Source: Chrysomallon squamiferum (lineage: Eukaryota; Animalia; Mollusca). From it: DNA of 64,000 nucleotides. Positions within the stretch are counted from its first letter, which is position 1. Each line of letters begins with the position of its first letter. The stretch is from positions 24,738,001 through 24,802,000 of the forward strand of contig CM022679.1 in NCBI GenBank assembly GCA_012295275.1. Direction: 5' to 3'. Positions 25,787 to 40,561 of this stretch are shown here, one piece after another. The position numbers and the translations under genes are program-made. The notes under the pieces were generated by a model. It saw only the letters and a program-made list of their open reading frames with translations, was not told where the DNA came from and did not search any database.

Positions 25787-27099
25787 TCGCCGATGCTGAA
25801 CCCTTTTTGACTTCTACTAGTTTAATCAGGTTACGTTATGTCAGTTCACTGTTTTGAATACTGAGGTATCGCCGTGATTTTATTTTATTTTATTTTATTA
25901 TTATTTTGGGGAGGGAATAGTAGAAGACAGCGTTTTCGAAAAAGCAATTTTGATATTATAGCTTTTCAATTATCGTTTAATTGAAATGAAAGTTTTGAGA
26001 AAGCTTATTTAGTAACAAATAGTGGCAAAGATGTATTTTATTTTATAGCAAAATACAACAACAGCAAAACTTTAAAAAATAAAAATAAAAATAAAAATAA
26101 ATAAAAAATAATAATAATTTGATAAACACAAAACATTTTTTTATTTATTCTTTATTTTTAATTTTTTTTTTTTTTAATTCCGACTTCTGCACATAGAACT
26201 ATGACCGTCTATTATGACCGTCTATTCTCAATGACCGAATAGAGATTGAACTAAACAAAGTGATTGTTATCTGACTGATATGCAATCCTAGTTCGTTTTG
26301 ATTATATATCTGTAATAGATATTTGGAATTTTATACCGGTAATCAGACCCGATGACGTCAGCAAGATCGGCGACATCTTTAGTTTCATTATACCATGCGA
26401 GGAGTCATGTAGCGAAGTATCGGTGTTTGTATTTTGTACAGTTTTCAACTTCATTACGAATGGATGGGCGGGGCGAATTCAAAGGCAAAAGGTAGGCGAA
26501 ATAGGTTGTGTCAACTTTGGGATGTTTATGAATTAGTATATGAATTCGGTTCTGCAACGCACTAAGTTACTTAGTTCTCCATCTAATGTTACTGATTCTA
26601 CTAACAAGCTGTGGCAGTCAGCATTATTTGTAAAGATCTTTTGTCATTTTTATAATGGCACGTTGTTCTTTCTTGTTGTTTTATCTGTTTAAGAAATGGC
26701 AGTCTACAAGTAACGTTAATGTCAAACGTTAGAACATAAAAGCTTTTTTTTTCTGCCAATAACCTTTTTGTAGGTTTTGTAATATATGCACATAATAAGT
26801 AATAGATGCGCACGATCATAAAATAACGTTAGTCACATATTATTCATAAGTTAAAAATCACTTAGGTCTTTTGCCACAATGTGTTCCTATTTTGTCTTAA
26901 ATTATCACATTAGCTCTCTCTCTCGCTTTGTGTGTGTGTGTGTGTGTGTGTGTGTTTGTTTATAAAATTAGGATTATCACTGCAGTTATGCTGGTTGATC
27001 TAATATAACCAGATTGTACCTCAACCCACCACTGCGAATATGTATTAAATCGTAATGATACCTCATAATGTTTAAAAATCCGGCCATTATATTTCTTAA

Positions 27100-27335
27100 T
27101 ACTTCTCGCTCACTGGTTTTATTAAAAACCATAGTATTAATGTTTAATAAAGCCGCGGTCTATGAGAAGGCACATTAAAACACTTCTTTTCTTCTAATCT
27201 ATAAAAAGTAACCTGTTGCAACAGCGGATTTCTTATCTGATTATCTAATTTATAACAACAATAAATAAATAAATAAAATAAAAAAAAAATGGTTGTCATT
27301 CATTGACTGCATCGTAAACTAAAATATTTCTTTCT
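27100..27335 (+). mobile_element. Decayed SINE-like repeat copy
   Basis: Shares its core with 23170-23230. Its 3' end (tgactgcatcgtaaactaaaatatttctttc) resembles 52866-52896. Confidence 0.5.
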
Positions 27336-27757
27336 TTTGTTCCTTTGGTAACTGTATCGTTCATTCTTTGTTGAAGAATCTCACCTGACCTGTATAATGT
27401 TTCACGTTCATATTACATTAACATCCGTTTGTTGGGATTAGAAATGGACGTCCACTTTATTTGAATTTATTCTCTTCTGTTGTTTTTAGCTTTGCAGAGA
27501 GTAAATCGAATGATTCCAGTTTACGCCCTTTCTCTGTAGAAATGTTTGCCTGTGAATAAAATAAAATGACAGCAATCATAGCGAAAACGAACAAAAATAA
27601 CACGATGATGTTACATCTATCTAGCCTGTATGTCGTTTTTGTTTTTGTTAGTATTTACTTTATTTATTTTCATTAATTTTAACAAATGTTCGGTTAGCAT
27701 AATCTATACAGTGATATTTTACGTTCTAACCAAGTTGCACTTCTGGTCGTATCATTC

Positions 27758-27816
<59 letters not shown>

Positions 27817-28593
27817 TAATAATAATGAATATGAATTAAAACTACATTGCTGTCATTTTCATTACTGGTATATTCAGATATTTAAAGAAGAAAACAAAAA
27901 TTGTTTGTTTGTTTTAATAGAAATACAAATACACACCTTGATTAATAATAAACTTAATAATCGGTTCGTTATGAAACTAGTACCAATCTAATAATACTGC
28001 AACTATATGTTTATTTGTTTTGGTTTATTGTCTATCATTGTTTAATTAATTAATTAATTAATTTATTTATTTTTATTTTTTTTAAATTTATTATTAGTTG
28101 TTTGGTCGTTTTGGGTTTTTTAGTTTTTTTCCCAATTAATTCTTTTCTTTCCTTCTTATATCAGTAATTAAGTTATTACAATTTTGATAATTTTATACAA
28201 CCCAGCGGCTCAGTATTGCATTTGTTGTATATATATATATATATGTTTTTTTAACAGCCTGTGAATCGAGCGCTAAAACCACATTTTCGGTTGCTTATTG
28301 GTAAGGTGTGTCGTGGCGCTTAATGTTCTTAGCTCAGGTGGTTCAGATTTTCAGCCAGATTTTCTTTCCTTTTGCGGTCGTGTCACACGGTTTTCTATTG
28401 TGTTTTCGCGAACGCCAGTCTTATGAATCGAATACAAACACGAACCCTCCGACAATGACACGACAAAAGCCTCGTTTCCGATCACTGACCTGTTCTGCAG
28501 TTCACTTCCTTTCTGCTGATTAGGATTTTGGCACTGAGTAATCAAGGTGCATTTATATGATATAACGTACAGTACCCATTTTGGAAACTGAAG

Positions 28594-28704
28594 TAGGAGA
28601 GGGAAGAGAAAGAGGGAGGGAGGGAGGGAGAAAGAGAGAGAGGGAGAGAGGGGGAGAGAGGAGAGAGAGAGGGGGGGGGGGGGGAGGGAGAGAGAGGGAG
28701 GAAG
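28594..28704. repeat. Polypurine G/A tract with a long G run
   Basis: Direct inspection. The composition is prone to G4 or triplex formation. Confidence 0.85.
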
Positions 28705-28902
28705 GCAGCAGGTTTATTGACATTTGTTTTAAAGCTCCTAAATTTTGAATTTTAACTTTTGACTCAATATTGTGTGTGAACAACGCGTAATAGTCTTTAA
28801 TCTTATAACACAATTCATATTTAATTTTATTAGTCTTGAAGGATACGATAATAATCTGTTTAAATGCTCAAGGATAAAGGAATTTGTATGTGTATATGTA
28901 AC

Positions 28903-28964
28903 TTTTAGTAACAATTTGTTGTGTATATATATATATATACACACACAACAAATTGTTACTAAAA
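28903..28964. repeat. Perfect 22-bp inverted repeat with an 18-nt spacer
   Basis: ttttagtaacaatttgttgtgt (28903-28924) and acacaacaaattgttactaaaa (28943-28964). Confidence 0.95.
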
Positions 28965-29506
28965 ATTTCAGCCCAGAAATGATTCTTTAGTATTGACCCT
29001 GAAATGTTTTCAGGTATAATTGGATCACTGAGGTCATGAATTTTGTTTGTTTCATTTTTCAGTTCTCTTTTTGTTCGTATTGTTTCGTAAAGCTGTGTCA
29101 CATGTTTTTCAGGACATTGCTGGTATAAATAAATAAAAGTCTCTGAATTGAAGTAAGATATTTGATGTTTCCAACAATACTTTTGGTAAAAAAATGGCAA
29201 ACAACTTTTTATTATTTGTTTTTTCTCTGTTATTTCTTGTTTTGTTTATTTTATTTTCAATGTATTAATCACATCCATCATTTACATTTTATTCATTTCC
29301 AATAGTTACCGTTCCTTACACATTTATTACGTTTTATTTTATTTTATTTTGTTAAGTTGCAGATATAAGTTGTGAGAAATAAGCTACTAACTAAAAATAA
29401 TCTCTGTCTACATATTAGAAATCCGAAGCTTGTTTTGAAAAAAAAACGGGAAACAGTATGTTGCAGTATAAATCAATTATGTATGTGTATCGGAGATAGA
29501 GTAAAG

Positions 29507-29509
<3 letters not shown>

Positions 29510-29587
<78 letters not shown>
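29510..29587. repeat. (AC)n microsatellite
   Basis: Direct inspection. Confidence 0.95.
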
Positions 29588-29588
<1 letters not shown>

Positions 29589-30482
29589 GCATTATATAGA
29601 TCGTCAGAAGAAGAAAAAGAGACATTTGTATAATTCGACACCTTCATTGATAACCCATTTATAAGCTGCTTGCATTATCAACATCGTTTATTTCACTTCT
29701 GGCTTAGTCGAATTCATTATTTTCTGTTGGAAGATGTATTATTATATTGTCATAATTACCAGAACGTTTCATGCAGATAGATGTTCATCCACTCTCCGGA
29801 AATGAGATTTACTTCTTGTTGATGGGCAATGCTGTTTTAGACTTGCGAGATTGGCGGAGCCTGGAGATCTGTCTTTAATTAACTCTCCTCAATCTAATGG
29901 ACAGTGGTCAGCTAGATTCATTAGCTGAGATTTATATGACCTCTGCAGTGTTTTTTTGTTTGGTTTCGTTTATTATCGAGCTCAGATTTAGCAGAAAAAT
30001 GTTTGTTTTTTATTTCGATTTTAATCTTTTATTATTTAACCTCAATGAATACAAACAAAAACTTAATGGTCACTCATTCAGTATCATAGAAGCATCATGA
30101 CCGACATCTTACAGAAGGCTTCGTTTTCCAAATTAACCTTGTTCTTGGTTTGAATCGGTGTCGCGATCGAAGTTAAAATAACCGAGTAAAGATATGTGAC
30201 TTATTATAACGAGGTAATGGTAGACATTTAGTCAGGCACTGTTTTATGTAGAAAACCCAGGCTTCTCGTGTGGAGACTGATTAACCTTCAGTGTTCTAAC
30301 GATGTTTTACAAAGGATGAATAATTTAACCTGTTAAACTGGTTATGCAGATAAACCGAAACCAGTGCATTAAAAATTATAATAAGAAAACGATGTCTAAA
30401 ATGAGTAACAAAATCGAATTAAAAAACTGATTTTAAAAAGCGAAAACGAAATATAAATGTTATAAATAAATAAATAAATAAA

Positions 30483-30541
<59 letters not shown>

Positions 30542-30815
30542 AAAAAAATATAAATGAAGACGAAGATGATTTGAGGTGCAGTTTTATAAAGATTTACTTG
30601 CGAAAAAATCCATATGTCCATTCATCGGTATACACTGAAAAATTCTTATCATCAAGCAAACTTCCATTTCTATTTGTTGTTGTTATTTTTATATTTTTTG
30701 AAGTTCTCCCTTTACAACTGCTAACTATTCTGTTACATATAGAATTCCAGTAACAATTTTCTATTAGCACGTGTTTATTTTACTTTAATTTTTATTTATT
30801 TATTTATTCATTTAT

Positions 30816-30859
<44 letters not shown>

Positions 30860-32511
30860 TTTATTTATTTCTTATTTATTTATTTGATAATTTATAGATT
30901 TCATTGTTTTCATATTGTAGGTAACGTTTGTAATAGAAACGCGAACTTAGTAATATGATATCTTTAATTTAAAAATCTGTTACAACAAACTATTCTTAGA
31001 GCACGCGAGAATGAAACTGGAAACTAGTCCTCAAATAGGAATTCAGAAAAAAAACGAAAGAAAGAAAAAAAAAATGTAAAAACAGTTTTCCCTCTGTATT
31101 TTTATTTATATTTGTATTTTTATTTATTTTTATATATATTTTTTTCTTTTTGATAATAACAGCTTCAAGAAATTTCTTTATATTTTTTCTTTTTAATCTT
31201 CATTTTTTTGTTTTTTAAATTCTCTCTCTCTTTTTTTTTTTTTTCCTTCACAATGTCGTTAATCGAGTTCATTTAACTCTTCCGGTATTTTTCTGGTGTT
31301 TTTTTTTTTTTTAACCGTCTATTTTAGAGTAAGTCAGGTTATCTCTCGTTCAACATTTACAGACCATGTCAAAACAGCATCGTAGCTGCTTATAAAACTT
31401 TCACATTATTTGAACACAGTTATTTGTTTTCAAGTGACCAAGAAATGCCGGCTATTTTAAAATGTGCCACAGGTGAGACATACAACGAGTTAACGCAGTC
31501 CATATATATATATATATATATATTTTCATCAACTTTTTGTTTTGTTTTCGCGCGAGCAACCTTTGATGATAATAAAGTATGATAATTCGTTTTTAACGTA
31601 GCCCGGAGCCTGATCTTTTCCTTTTCAATTTTATATATTTATTTATATTTTCTGCACAAAATGAAGTCATGAAACAAGAGAAAAAGTTGCACTATATTAT
31701 CCCACTGAGCTAGTGTATTCGATTACTACTACTACTACTGTTACTATTATCATTATCATCATCATCATCAAATGTTAATGTCCGTAAATAAATGAAATAA
31801 TAACTTAACAGTGTGTAAAAACAATTTAAATCATGTATTTATATCTCCAACCATCTGTCACTTTATGCTGTATATTTTTAAGTTAAATGAAATTATAGGC
31901 GCGTATATATGTCAAGGTATAGTTGATTGATTGCAACCTTCTTTGTATCTTTTTTTTAAAAAGACTCATTTTTAACATCCTGTCAAGTAAAGACAGAATT
32001 ATTTGCGTGCGTGCACGCGTATGTGTCTACTGCATATATTTCACTTTCTTGAATTTGCTGTTACTTAAGTAAGTAGCATTTTTTGGTTATTAAATCGGTT
32101 AAGTACATTCTCCATATTATCATCATTATTATTATTGTTATTATATATCATCATCATATTTCGCAAAATTCACCAGCGACCTACTGGATTCTCTCTTGAC
32201 GAATAAATGATTAAATGTCAAGCAGTACTGCCCTTGCAGCACTCTTTGGTGGAAGATTTGCGTACTCACGTTCCAGTTAGAAGGCATGTATATATATGAA
32301 GCTAGAGTCGTTGCTGTGTACTTACTCTTATTTTGCCCATTAAATATTCGTTTCTGATTTATTGTGTAATCAGCAGGCGTACAAGAAAGTACAATCAAAC
32401 AAAAGAATGTTAACAGAGACGTGACAAAACTGAGTCTCCGGTCAAGCGAACATTTTATGGTATGTCGGTAAAGTCTTTGTGAAATCAGCCGTAATAACAT
32501 TCACAACACAT

Positions 32512-32656
<145 letters not shown>

Positions 32657-34646
32657 CACTATATTATCAAATGCCTAATTTTAATCACATTGAGAAATCA
32701 GTCTTAAATAACCCGACCTAATATGCTTACATTCATTATGGTCGTATGCCAATCCGTATTTAAGAGCATTAATTAAATAGAGAAACGTAAAATGGGTTTA
32801 CAACTCCTCAATCAGTAGGTCCCATATTGCTTACTGGAATTAACTATTAATTTTTTAAGGACAACTGTACATTAGCGAGATTACCACGTCCTTGTTCTCG
32901 ATGTTAAACACGACACTGGTTTTTCTGTCGTGTACAGAATGTGTCGAAATGTACAGGCTGACTATTAGTACGTAACGCTAGGCGCAAAACAGGTCAAAAT
33001 TCACTGTTCTCTGTTAAATATTACAAAACACAGAGCAATTCTCAAAATACTGATTTTCTGTTAGACATTACTTTGTCAAAATGTTCTGGTTCTGTATTAC
33101 GTTCCTGTACGTTATTAGGATACCTATCAGAATGCACTGTTTTGTTTTTCTTGTTGTTTTTAAGGTATTACTAAGCAACGAACCTGCCAAAATGCACATA
33201 CTCTGCATTAGATAACATGTCAGAATGTATTAGTTTCATATTAAGTATTGTTCTGTATAGAACATGTCAACAGTATTAATCTTCTTCCTTAGCAACGAGT
33301 ATCGATTAGGACAGCATTACGTATTACGTCTGATAACATACAGATTAGCGCACTTCCTTGTTACTGGCAGTGCATGTTTATTTTTGTTACCTAATATGTT
33401 TTTCGGTTACAGACGATTACAAAAATTAGCCATTACATTCATAATAAATTGAGTTATATTTTAAGAAAAACAAGTGCGCTTATTATTTATGCATAATTCA
33501 CCAACGAGTATGAGACTGTAGAAAATAATGGAGTTGTCTAAGAAATAGATTTTATTTGATTAGTTAATGGCCCAAGCCTAAAAATGTAGGAATGGTCTTA
33601 CGTATGATATGGTTCGGATAAACAGCCAAGTAAAATTCCTTATAACCTCCAAGGTGTTATTTTATTGTTTTGGGTGACCTGGAATCATTCAAGTACGTGT
33701 GACATTAAATTAATACTGTTACTAAATATTTAGTTCGCCTTCTTTTCATTATTTGACGTTTGGATTTGTGACGTACCTGGTATATCACCAAAGTTTCACT
33801 TTAAATATTTAAACATAACCCGGATCCGCTAATTATTGATATATGTATTAGTTAAAGTATTTGTGTGTGTGTGTTTGTGTGTGTACCTACAGAAACATAA
33901 GTAAATACACATCCTTCCATCCATCCAATATGTGGTATGTATGGTAATTTTATATGATAGTTCTTCTTCTTTTTTTTTTTTTTTTTTGAAATGGCCTGTT
34001 CTGCTATGCATGGTAGAGTTGAATTTGGAAATTCTGCTCTGCAAACCATGAAGAAAATCGTATAAAAAAACATCACTAGTCTTGTAATATGTAAAACAGC
34101 GTGGTAATTTATTTTTCACCTGTTGGCCTTTCATTAATCAGAATTTGTTAAACATCTGCTCTTTAGTTCCTCATCTCTTGAACGCTTGATTACTTCAGTA
34201 CATCTCAAGTTTCTTGATATATCTTCTCCCTTGACCAAATAGAACCCGCTGAACGGAACTGTTTACTATTGCCTATTGATTAACTGTTCGCAACTGACTG
34301 ACCACTCGTTAATACTCGAAGAGCTGACCATATGATGAATAATATGTCATCTTGATCAGTCAGCCGCTTAAAAGAAAAATAATTATCCAAGTTTTACTTA
34401 CTTAAATGATTATAAAGGGATAAATGCAAGACGACAGAAATTTATGAATTTAAAAATACGGTTTTTGTTTCTATTTTTTCCTTCTTTATTCTGTATTTTC
34501 TTCATTTTTCTTTACATTATTTCTTCCTTCTTTCTTTCTTTTTTTTTGCTTGTTTGTTTGTTTAAAATATTTGATTAATTTAATTTATTTACGTTTTTCA
34601 TTTTATTTTTATTTTTTTATTTATTTAACTTTTATTTTTCTATTTT

Positions 34647-34695
<49 letters not shown>

Positions 34696-37600
34696 TGATT
34701 ACATTTAACATCATCAGTTCTTTGCACAGTATTATGTAACATAGCGTCATTTGAATAGTTTGTATATGTATCACAATAACCATCTTAATAATTTCAATAA
34801 TAATTAAATTATTATGTATTCCTTCTAATTCCAAAATTGTTCATTTTGAATGTGCGCTTTAGTATTTGCTCTCCCCCCATGCATCCTAATCAGTACACTT
34901 TAAGAGATATTTTAAGGACTGAGTAACGACAAGAAAAATAAGATAATTTATTTTATGGGTATGAGTTGAAAATTAATTTAGGTTTTTCACCATAAACAGT
35001 TACAGATAGAAAAAGTACATAAATAATGTATTCTCACGCTTGTTTCTAGAAGATGTAATTTGTAGCGTCTCTCTGTCTGTAACGCTGACAGTGAAAATCT
35101 TCAGTAGTGTAGCGAAGTGTCGGCATTTTTATTATTTATTACTTCACAGGATTTGAACCAGTCTGGAGTGAGAAGTGATTCTGAAAAAAACCCACAAAAA
35201 ATACAAGAAAAAACAAAAACAAACCAAGAAGTAAAATATAAAAATTTAAAAAAGGTAAAATGGAAAGAAGAAAAAGCAAAAAAAGAACAAATTGAAAACA
35301 GTGAATAAAACGTTTGATAGACTGCGATGTGAATAAATAAAAAAATAAATATGAAAAAACACGCCTACATATACACACTCACATGTATACGCACCATAAC
35401 AATACGACACACACACACAAATCAAACCCCACCAAACAATCCACATACAAACACGAACATACATATATATATATATATATACATAGGCACAAGTAAATAT
35501 TTTAGAGAAACAGACAGACAAATAGATAAATAGACAGACACAAAGGGATATAGAGAGATAGCAGCAAAATGACAGAGATAAGAAAGATTGGGACATTTAA
35601 GAGGAAGGCAGTGAGAGTGAAAATGAGTTTAATATTAATGTCTTACAATGTGTGAAGAATGAGTTTAAAGGATCAGTAGAGTGTAAGAAAATGATAATCA
35701 TACAGAATTAGACGTGACCATCACAGACGTAAATACTTCCCAAGATAACATTTACCTCTGAGAAAAAGTATCCTTCAAAGTCTCTAGCAATACAATACGC
35801 ATGACATACATTGCACGGTATAGAAATAACATGTAAATAATTTGACCTTTCAGAAGAAAGCATTCTATGATTTATGGATATTCGTGTTTCTCGCGGGTCG
35901 TGTCTATCAAGAAGACTGTTATTACAAGTATCTTGATACTCTGTAGCAATTGTTCCCCTGTGAACACTTCACCTCAACACGGTATCTGAGAAGAGGAGAT
36001 CACGAAAAGCTGGACTTAAAAGATCAATGGACAGTCTTATTGCAGCTTCCAGTAAATCACAGCTACGGTAGACTTGACACAATTCAGTTGTAAAGTGGCA
36101 CTGACACAATGAATCACTGATGAACCTGTGAGATTTCTGTTAACATGATTTAACATCATTTTCATTTTTCCTTAAAACAGTTTGCGAGTCTAAGGTGGTT
36201 TACTTTTTGTCCCCTTTGAAAGATATCGCGAATTAATATGATTTTTTGTTTTAAAGTGTTTGCAAGCTAAGGTATTTTTTTCCTTTTGAATGACAAGCAT
36301 TAGATCAAAAAAGAAAAAGAAACTAATTTATATTCTATGTAGTGGTATTGAACTTCGGTGCCGTTTTTAGCCCAAGATTTAATTAATTTCAGGAATATGA
36401 GATCATGTTTGACGTTGACAGCCTTTAGGCACGATTATTTTCAGTTTTTTGTCAAATTTCAGTTCTGTATGTTTTAAATTACATTACTTTCGTATATTAC
36501 CAACAGTAGCGAAACCATACGTTTTTAACGCTATATCTAATTTCACAAATATTATGAAATATTATTTAATAATAAACATTTTGCAGTCAGTAATATGTAT
36601 TTAATTTTTTCTTATTTTTGTTCTCTCTAATCTTCGAAAACATGGTCAGTTTTGTTATAAATAGAAATTCCTGAAATAAGTATTTTCTGCAATAAAATAG
36701 AAACAATGCATATTATGCATTTTTCATATTAACGAATATTTTCTTATCTGGATTATACATCTTACGAAAGATTTAAAATTTTATCTTCGTCGAAGTCGTT
36801 ATTATTATTATTATTATTTTTTTTAAATATAAATTTTAATTTATATTTATAATCTCTATTTCTATTTGTTTCTCTCCCTTTCTGTTCTCTCTTGTCTGTC
36901 TATTAGTAAATTCTTTATTCAGTTATCTTCTCCGAAAAAACCCAGTCTGTCGCTACTTGGAAACAATCGCTTCTCAAATCAAACAGATACACAAACCTGT
37001 AATTACTTTAAGAATCTTCATCAGTGTTTGAAACTAACGATCCGACAGAAGTGATACGCTAACCTCAAATTGTATTAAGAACACAGAGCAGAAGGATTGA
37101 AACTGACCTCAGGGGAAATAAAGCTATTTCTTCGATGCTCTGAAAGAATTCTGCAAACAGGGTTGGCTTCATGTGCTAGGCCATTTATTTCTACTGTAGA
37201 CTGTAATTGAGTTAATTTGCCGCTTGCTATGGACGGCAGTGCTATATTATTGTTTCGTGTTTTGTATTCATGTTAGGCCTACTTACAATATACTGCCTAG
37301 ATTGCCTGTGTATGTTAAAGTTTTTATTGTTATTGTCATTATTATTATTGTTGTTGTTGTTCTTTGTTATTACTGCTGATTTTATATTTGTACTTTCAAT
37401 TTTTTTCCAACACATGTACACACACTAACAAAAAAAAGACCATACACACAAATAACCAATACAAAAGATCAAAATAACAAAAAGAAAACTAATTTTATCT
37501 CTTTTTCTTTTTTTTTTCAAACGATTACTGGAAAGAGTCAAAGAGTCAAAGATTAAAAACATTTACACCAACCGACCTGCTGGTTTGTGATATACACATC

Positions 37601-37772
37601 CGTGCAAGCTGTTGAAAAAAAACCAAAAAAACAACCAAAAACCCTGAGTAACTTAGCATTCCAATTATGCCAGACGTTTACACAACCACAAAAAGATGAC
37701 TGTTAATTATCCGATGTCAATAACCCTGAACTGTGACCATTAATTGTTTTTATCTTTCTCTGTTTCTTGCAG

Positions 37773-37867
37773 CGGAACGCAAAACGTCCCTGGGACGTGA
37801 CTGGCATCCCAACTGTCTGCGCTGTAAGGAGTGCTCCAGGATCCTCACCCCGGGGCAGCACGCCGAG
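37773..37867 (+). CDS. RASSF: LIM-RASSF coding exon 2 (LIM core)
   Basis: [32 protein letters not shown] is closely similar to the CRIP LIM ([31 protein letters not shown]). TTGCAG acceptor and GAG|GTGAGA donor. Confidence 0.93.
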
Positions 37868-40561
37868 GTGAGAAATCTGCGTTCACTGGAATTAGCAGAT
37901 TTTTATATTAATATCTGTTCACTTCACTAGCGTACGTTAAACGTGATTGAATGGTTTCAAATTTCATGTTGAATTATGTTCAATTCAAATTCTGTTGAAA
38001 AGCTTATTATGGAAAATCTGTATTGAAATAATAGTTTATTTTTTAATAACAAATAGTAGTTGAAAGTTAAAATTATTATTATTGTGGTTTTTTTTATGTG
38101 TTTTTTTTTTTCGTAATATACTGTAACGCTGGGTTTTGCTTTCTGGCAATATACAGACTAACACTCTTAAAATACAAATCAATGTTAATGCAATTTCTCT
38201 CTGTTTCTGTATCTGTGCCTCTATCTGTTTCTAACGCGCGTGCTCAAACGAACACCATTTTTTTTTTTTTTTTTTGTACTGTTTTTCTCTACAACATTAT
38301 AATGTCATTCCATCAGACTAACGCTCTATATCTGCATCACATATGCAAGGCATACTGTGGCTGTAAAATGCATTATTAATGTGGTTCCATTAGGAATAGA
38401 TGTGTGATATAGCCACTAAACAAAATAATCTTTCCTGTACACTGTACTTTTAAATCATGTACTCAGGTCTTATTTTTAATGTATTTTATTACTTCCAACT
38501 TGGTATCATTGTTTAGCTTTCAACTGTTTGTTATCAAGGAACAGATAATGGTTATTATCAAGAAAGTGTGCTAATCGGGTGTCAACTACAAGTGAGATAG
38601 TTAAAAAGTTAATAAAACAGAATGTAACTGGAAGTGGAGACGAAACCTTATAGTGGCGAAGGTACTTCCAGAAATAGATTAAATCAAGATCACGGGTGCA
38701 TGTTCCAGTGTTAATGCGTGTGTATGTTTATATGTGTATCTGTGCGTGTATCTGAGTGTGCGATAATTTGTGCATATATATATATATATGTGTATAGTGA
38801 TGTATGTTTATACGAGTACGTGGACGAGGGGGAAATATTATTTTTCTTGAATTAGTTTTTCTCTTTTTCACGTTTTCATTCTATTGCTTTTAACGTTGAT
38901 TTCTGGGATAGATTTTTTTTTTTCCACCCTCATTTAAAAAAAATATATAAAATGGCATGCTGCATGCCAGCAGATCACATGCTGGCAATGTCTGATGGGA
39001 AATGTCAAACACTTATAAAGAAGCAAGCCCAATAAAATCGATACAAGTGTTTTCTGAATTGGCTAGCAAAGAAACTGTCACTGTGAATCAATAGTGAATT
39101 TGGTTTCTCTTTTTTGAGTCACGCATTTGTCATCAAAATATGATTATAAGTCTGACACTGCCTTTATATAGTTTTTACGTTCACATTTTTTTTCCTCAAG
39201 GAAACTGTCGCCGCAGTACTTTTAATATTGACTTCGATTTTCTTCTGTCTTTCTTTATCTGTTTTTTTCACATTCTATCGATGAAAATTCCACTTTTTTC
39301 ACTTTTGCCGAAGAAAATATTTATGAGTTTGCTATTTATAACAGTAAAAAATAATAAATAGATTTATGTAAGTAGGTAAATAGATAATTAGGCAAATAGT
39401 TTATAAATATTAGATGAAAATAGATAGATTGTTAGGTGAGCTAACCTAATTACAAATTTCTGTCAAGTGACGGTGTATGTCGCGTATGTCAAAGAAAGTA
39501 ACAAACGGATATAGAACGAAAAACGGCAACTAGATTCAATTAGATACTCTTCAGTTAGATTTACATAACTCAGACACATCTGTACGTATTGTAGTCGAAA
39601 TTCCGCGCTACGCTGGCGGAAATAAATCACTGGTTCAGTTGCTAGCGAGACACAGATTTTGTCCTATAATTATTGATCACAGTAATTTTATGACGTATCT
39701 TTCAGCTTTTATCATCACTCGGCAATAAGTAACATCTGCGACTGAAGACAGTTTTATTATACCTCGTCAGTAGTCAAAGCCTGTCTGAAAAAATTCACAC
39801 TGTTCATTTCACTGATAATCTCTTTAGATTTTGTTTGTGTAACTCTACCAGCCTTAATTTCTAGAATTACCATTCATGTCTCCATCCAGTAAGAATTCCA
39901 AAATCTTGGTTCGTCTCTCACTAAATAATAACCTGCAGATTTTTTTGACTGTATAATTAAACCAATAATAGATTCTAGACTGACACACTTGGCTACAAAA
40001 CAAACGAAATGTAGCTATAATTCTCGGGCGGAGGTATAATATTTGGCTCCATTCTAGTGCTACATATTTTGGCTTAGGATCAACTCATCTTTTGTCACCA
40101 AAAATGTGATAACGATAAAGATATGTCAAACTGTTGTTTATTTTGGACATTTTCATAAATTGTACTATTTAGAAAAGGGTTTTTGTTTTGCATCTAATCT
40201 CTTTTTCAGTGCTTCGCGAAGACTTTTTCCTGTTCTAGACATTCCTCCCACTTCAAATGACTGGTTGACTGTATAGTTTTCTATAAATATTTATTTTGTT
40301 GCTAATCAATAAAAATGCAGCTCAGTGTTGTTGTTTTTTTTTTTTTTTTTTTTACTATTTATTACATCACTTACAGCCCTTCTCTGTATCTGTGGATATT
40401 CGAATTCTAGTAAATTTTTATATTAATACTTCTCAGTTATTACTTTATTGCTTTTCAGCGAGAAGGTCTAATAATATTTATTTATGTAGAATTACTTGTG
40501 TTTGGAAATAACCAGAAATTATGGGGTTTTTTTTTTATTCTTTTCTTTTTTTTTTTTTCAG

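Noticed and set aside
28868-29200. 110-aa minus-strand ORF
   Set aside because: AT-rich, runs through a microsatellite hairpin, and has no motif or convincing splice sites.
38954-38990. Nested short palindromes (ggcatgctgcatgcc; tgccagca...tgctggca) as a p53 element
   Set aside because: The CATG cores are 7 nt apart rather than 10, and the flanks do not fit RRRCWWGYYY.
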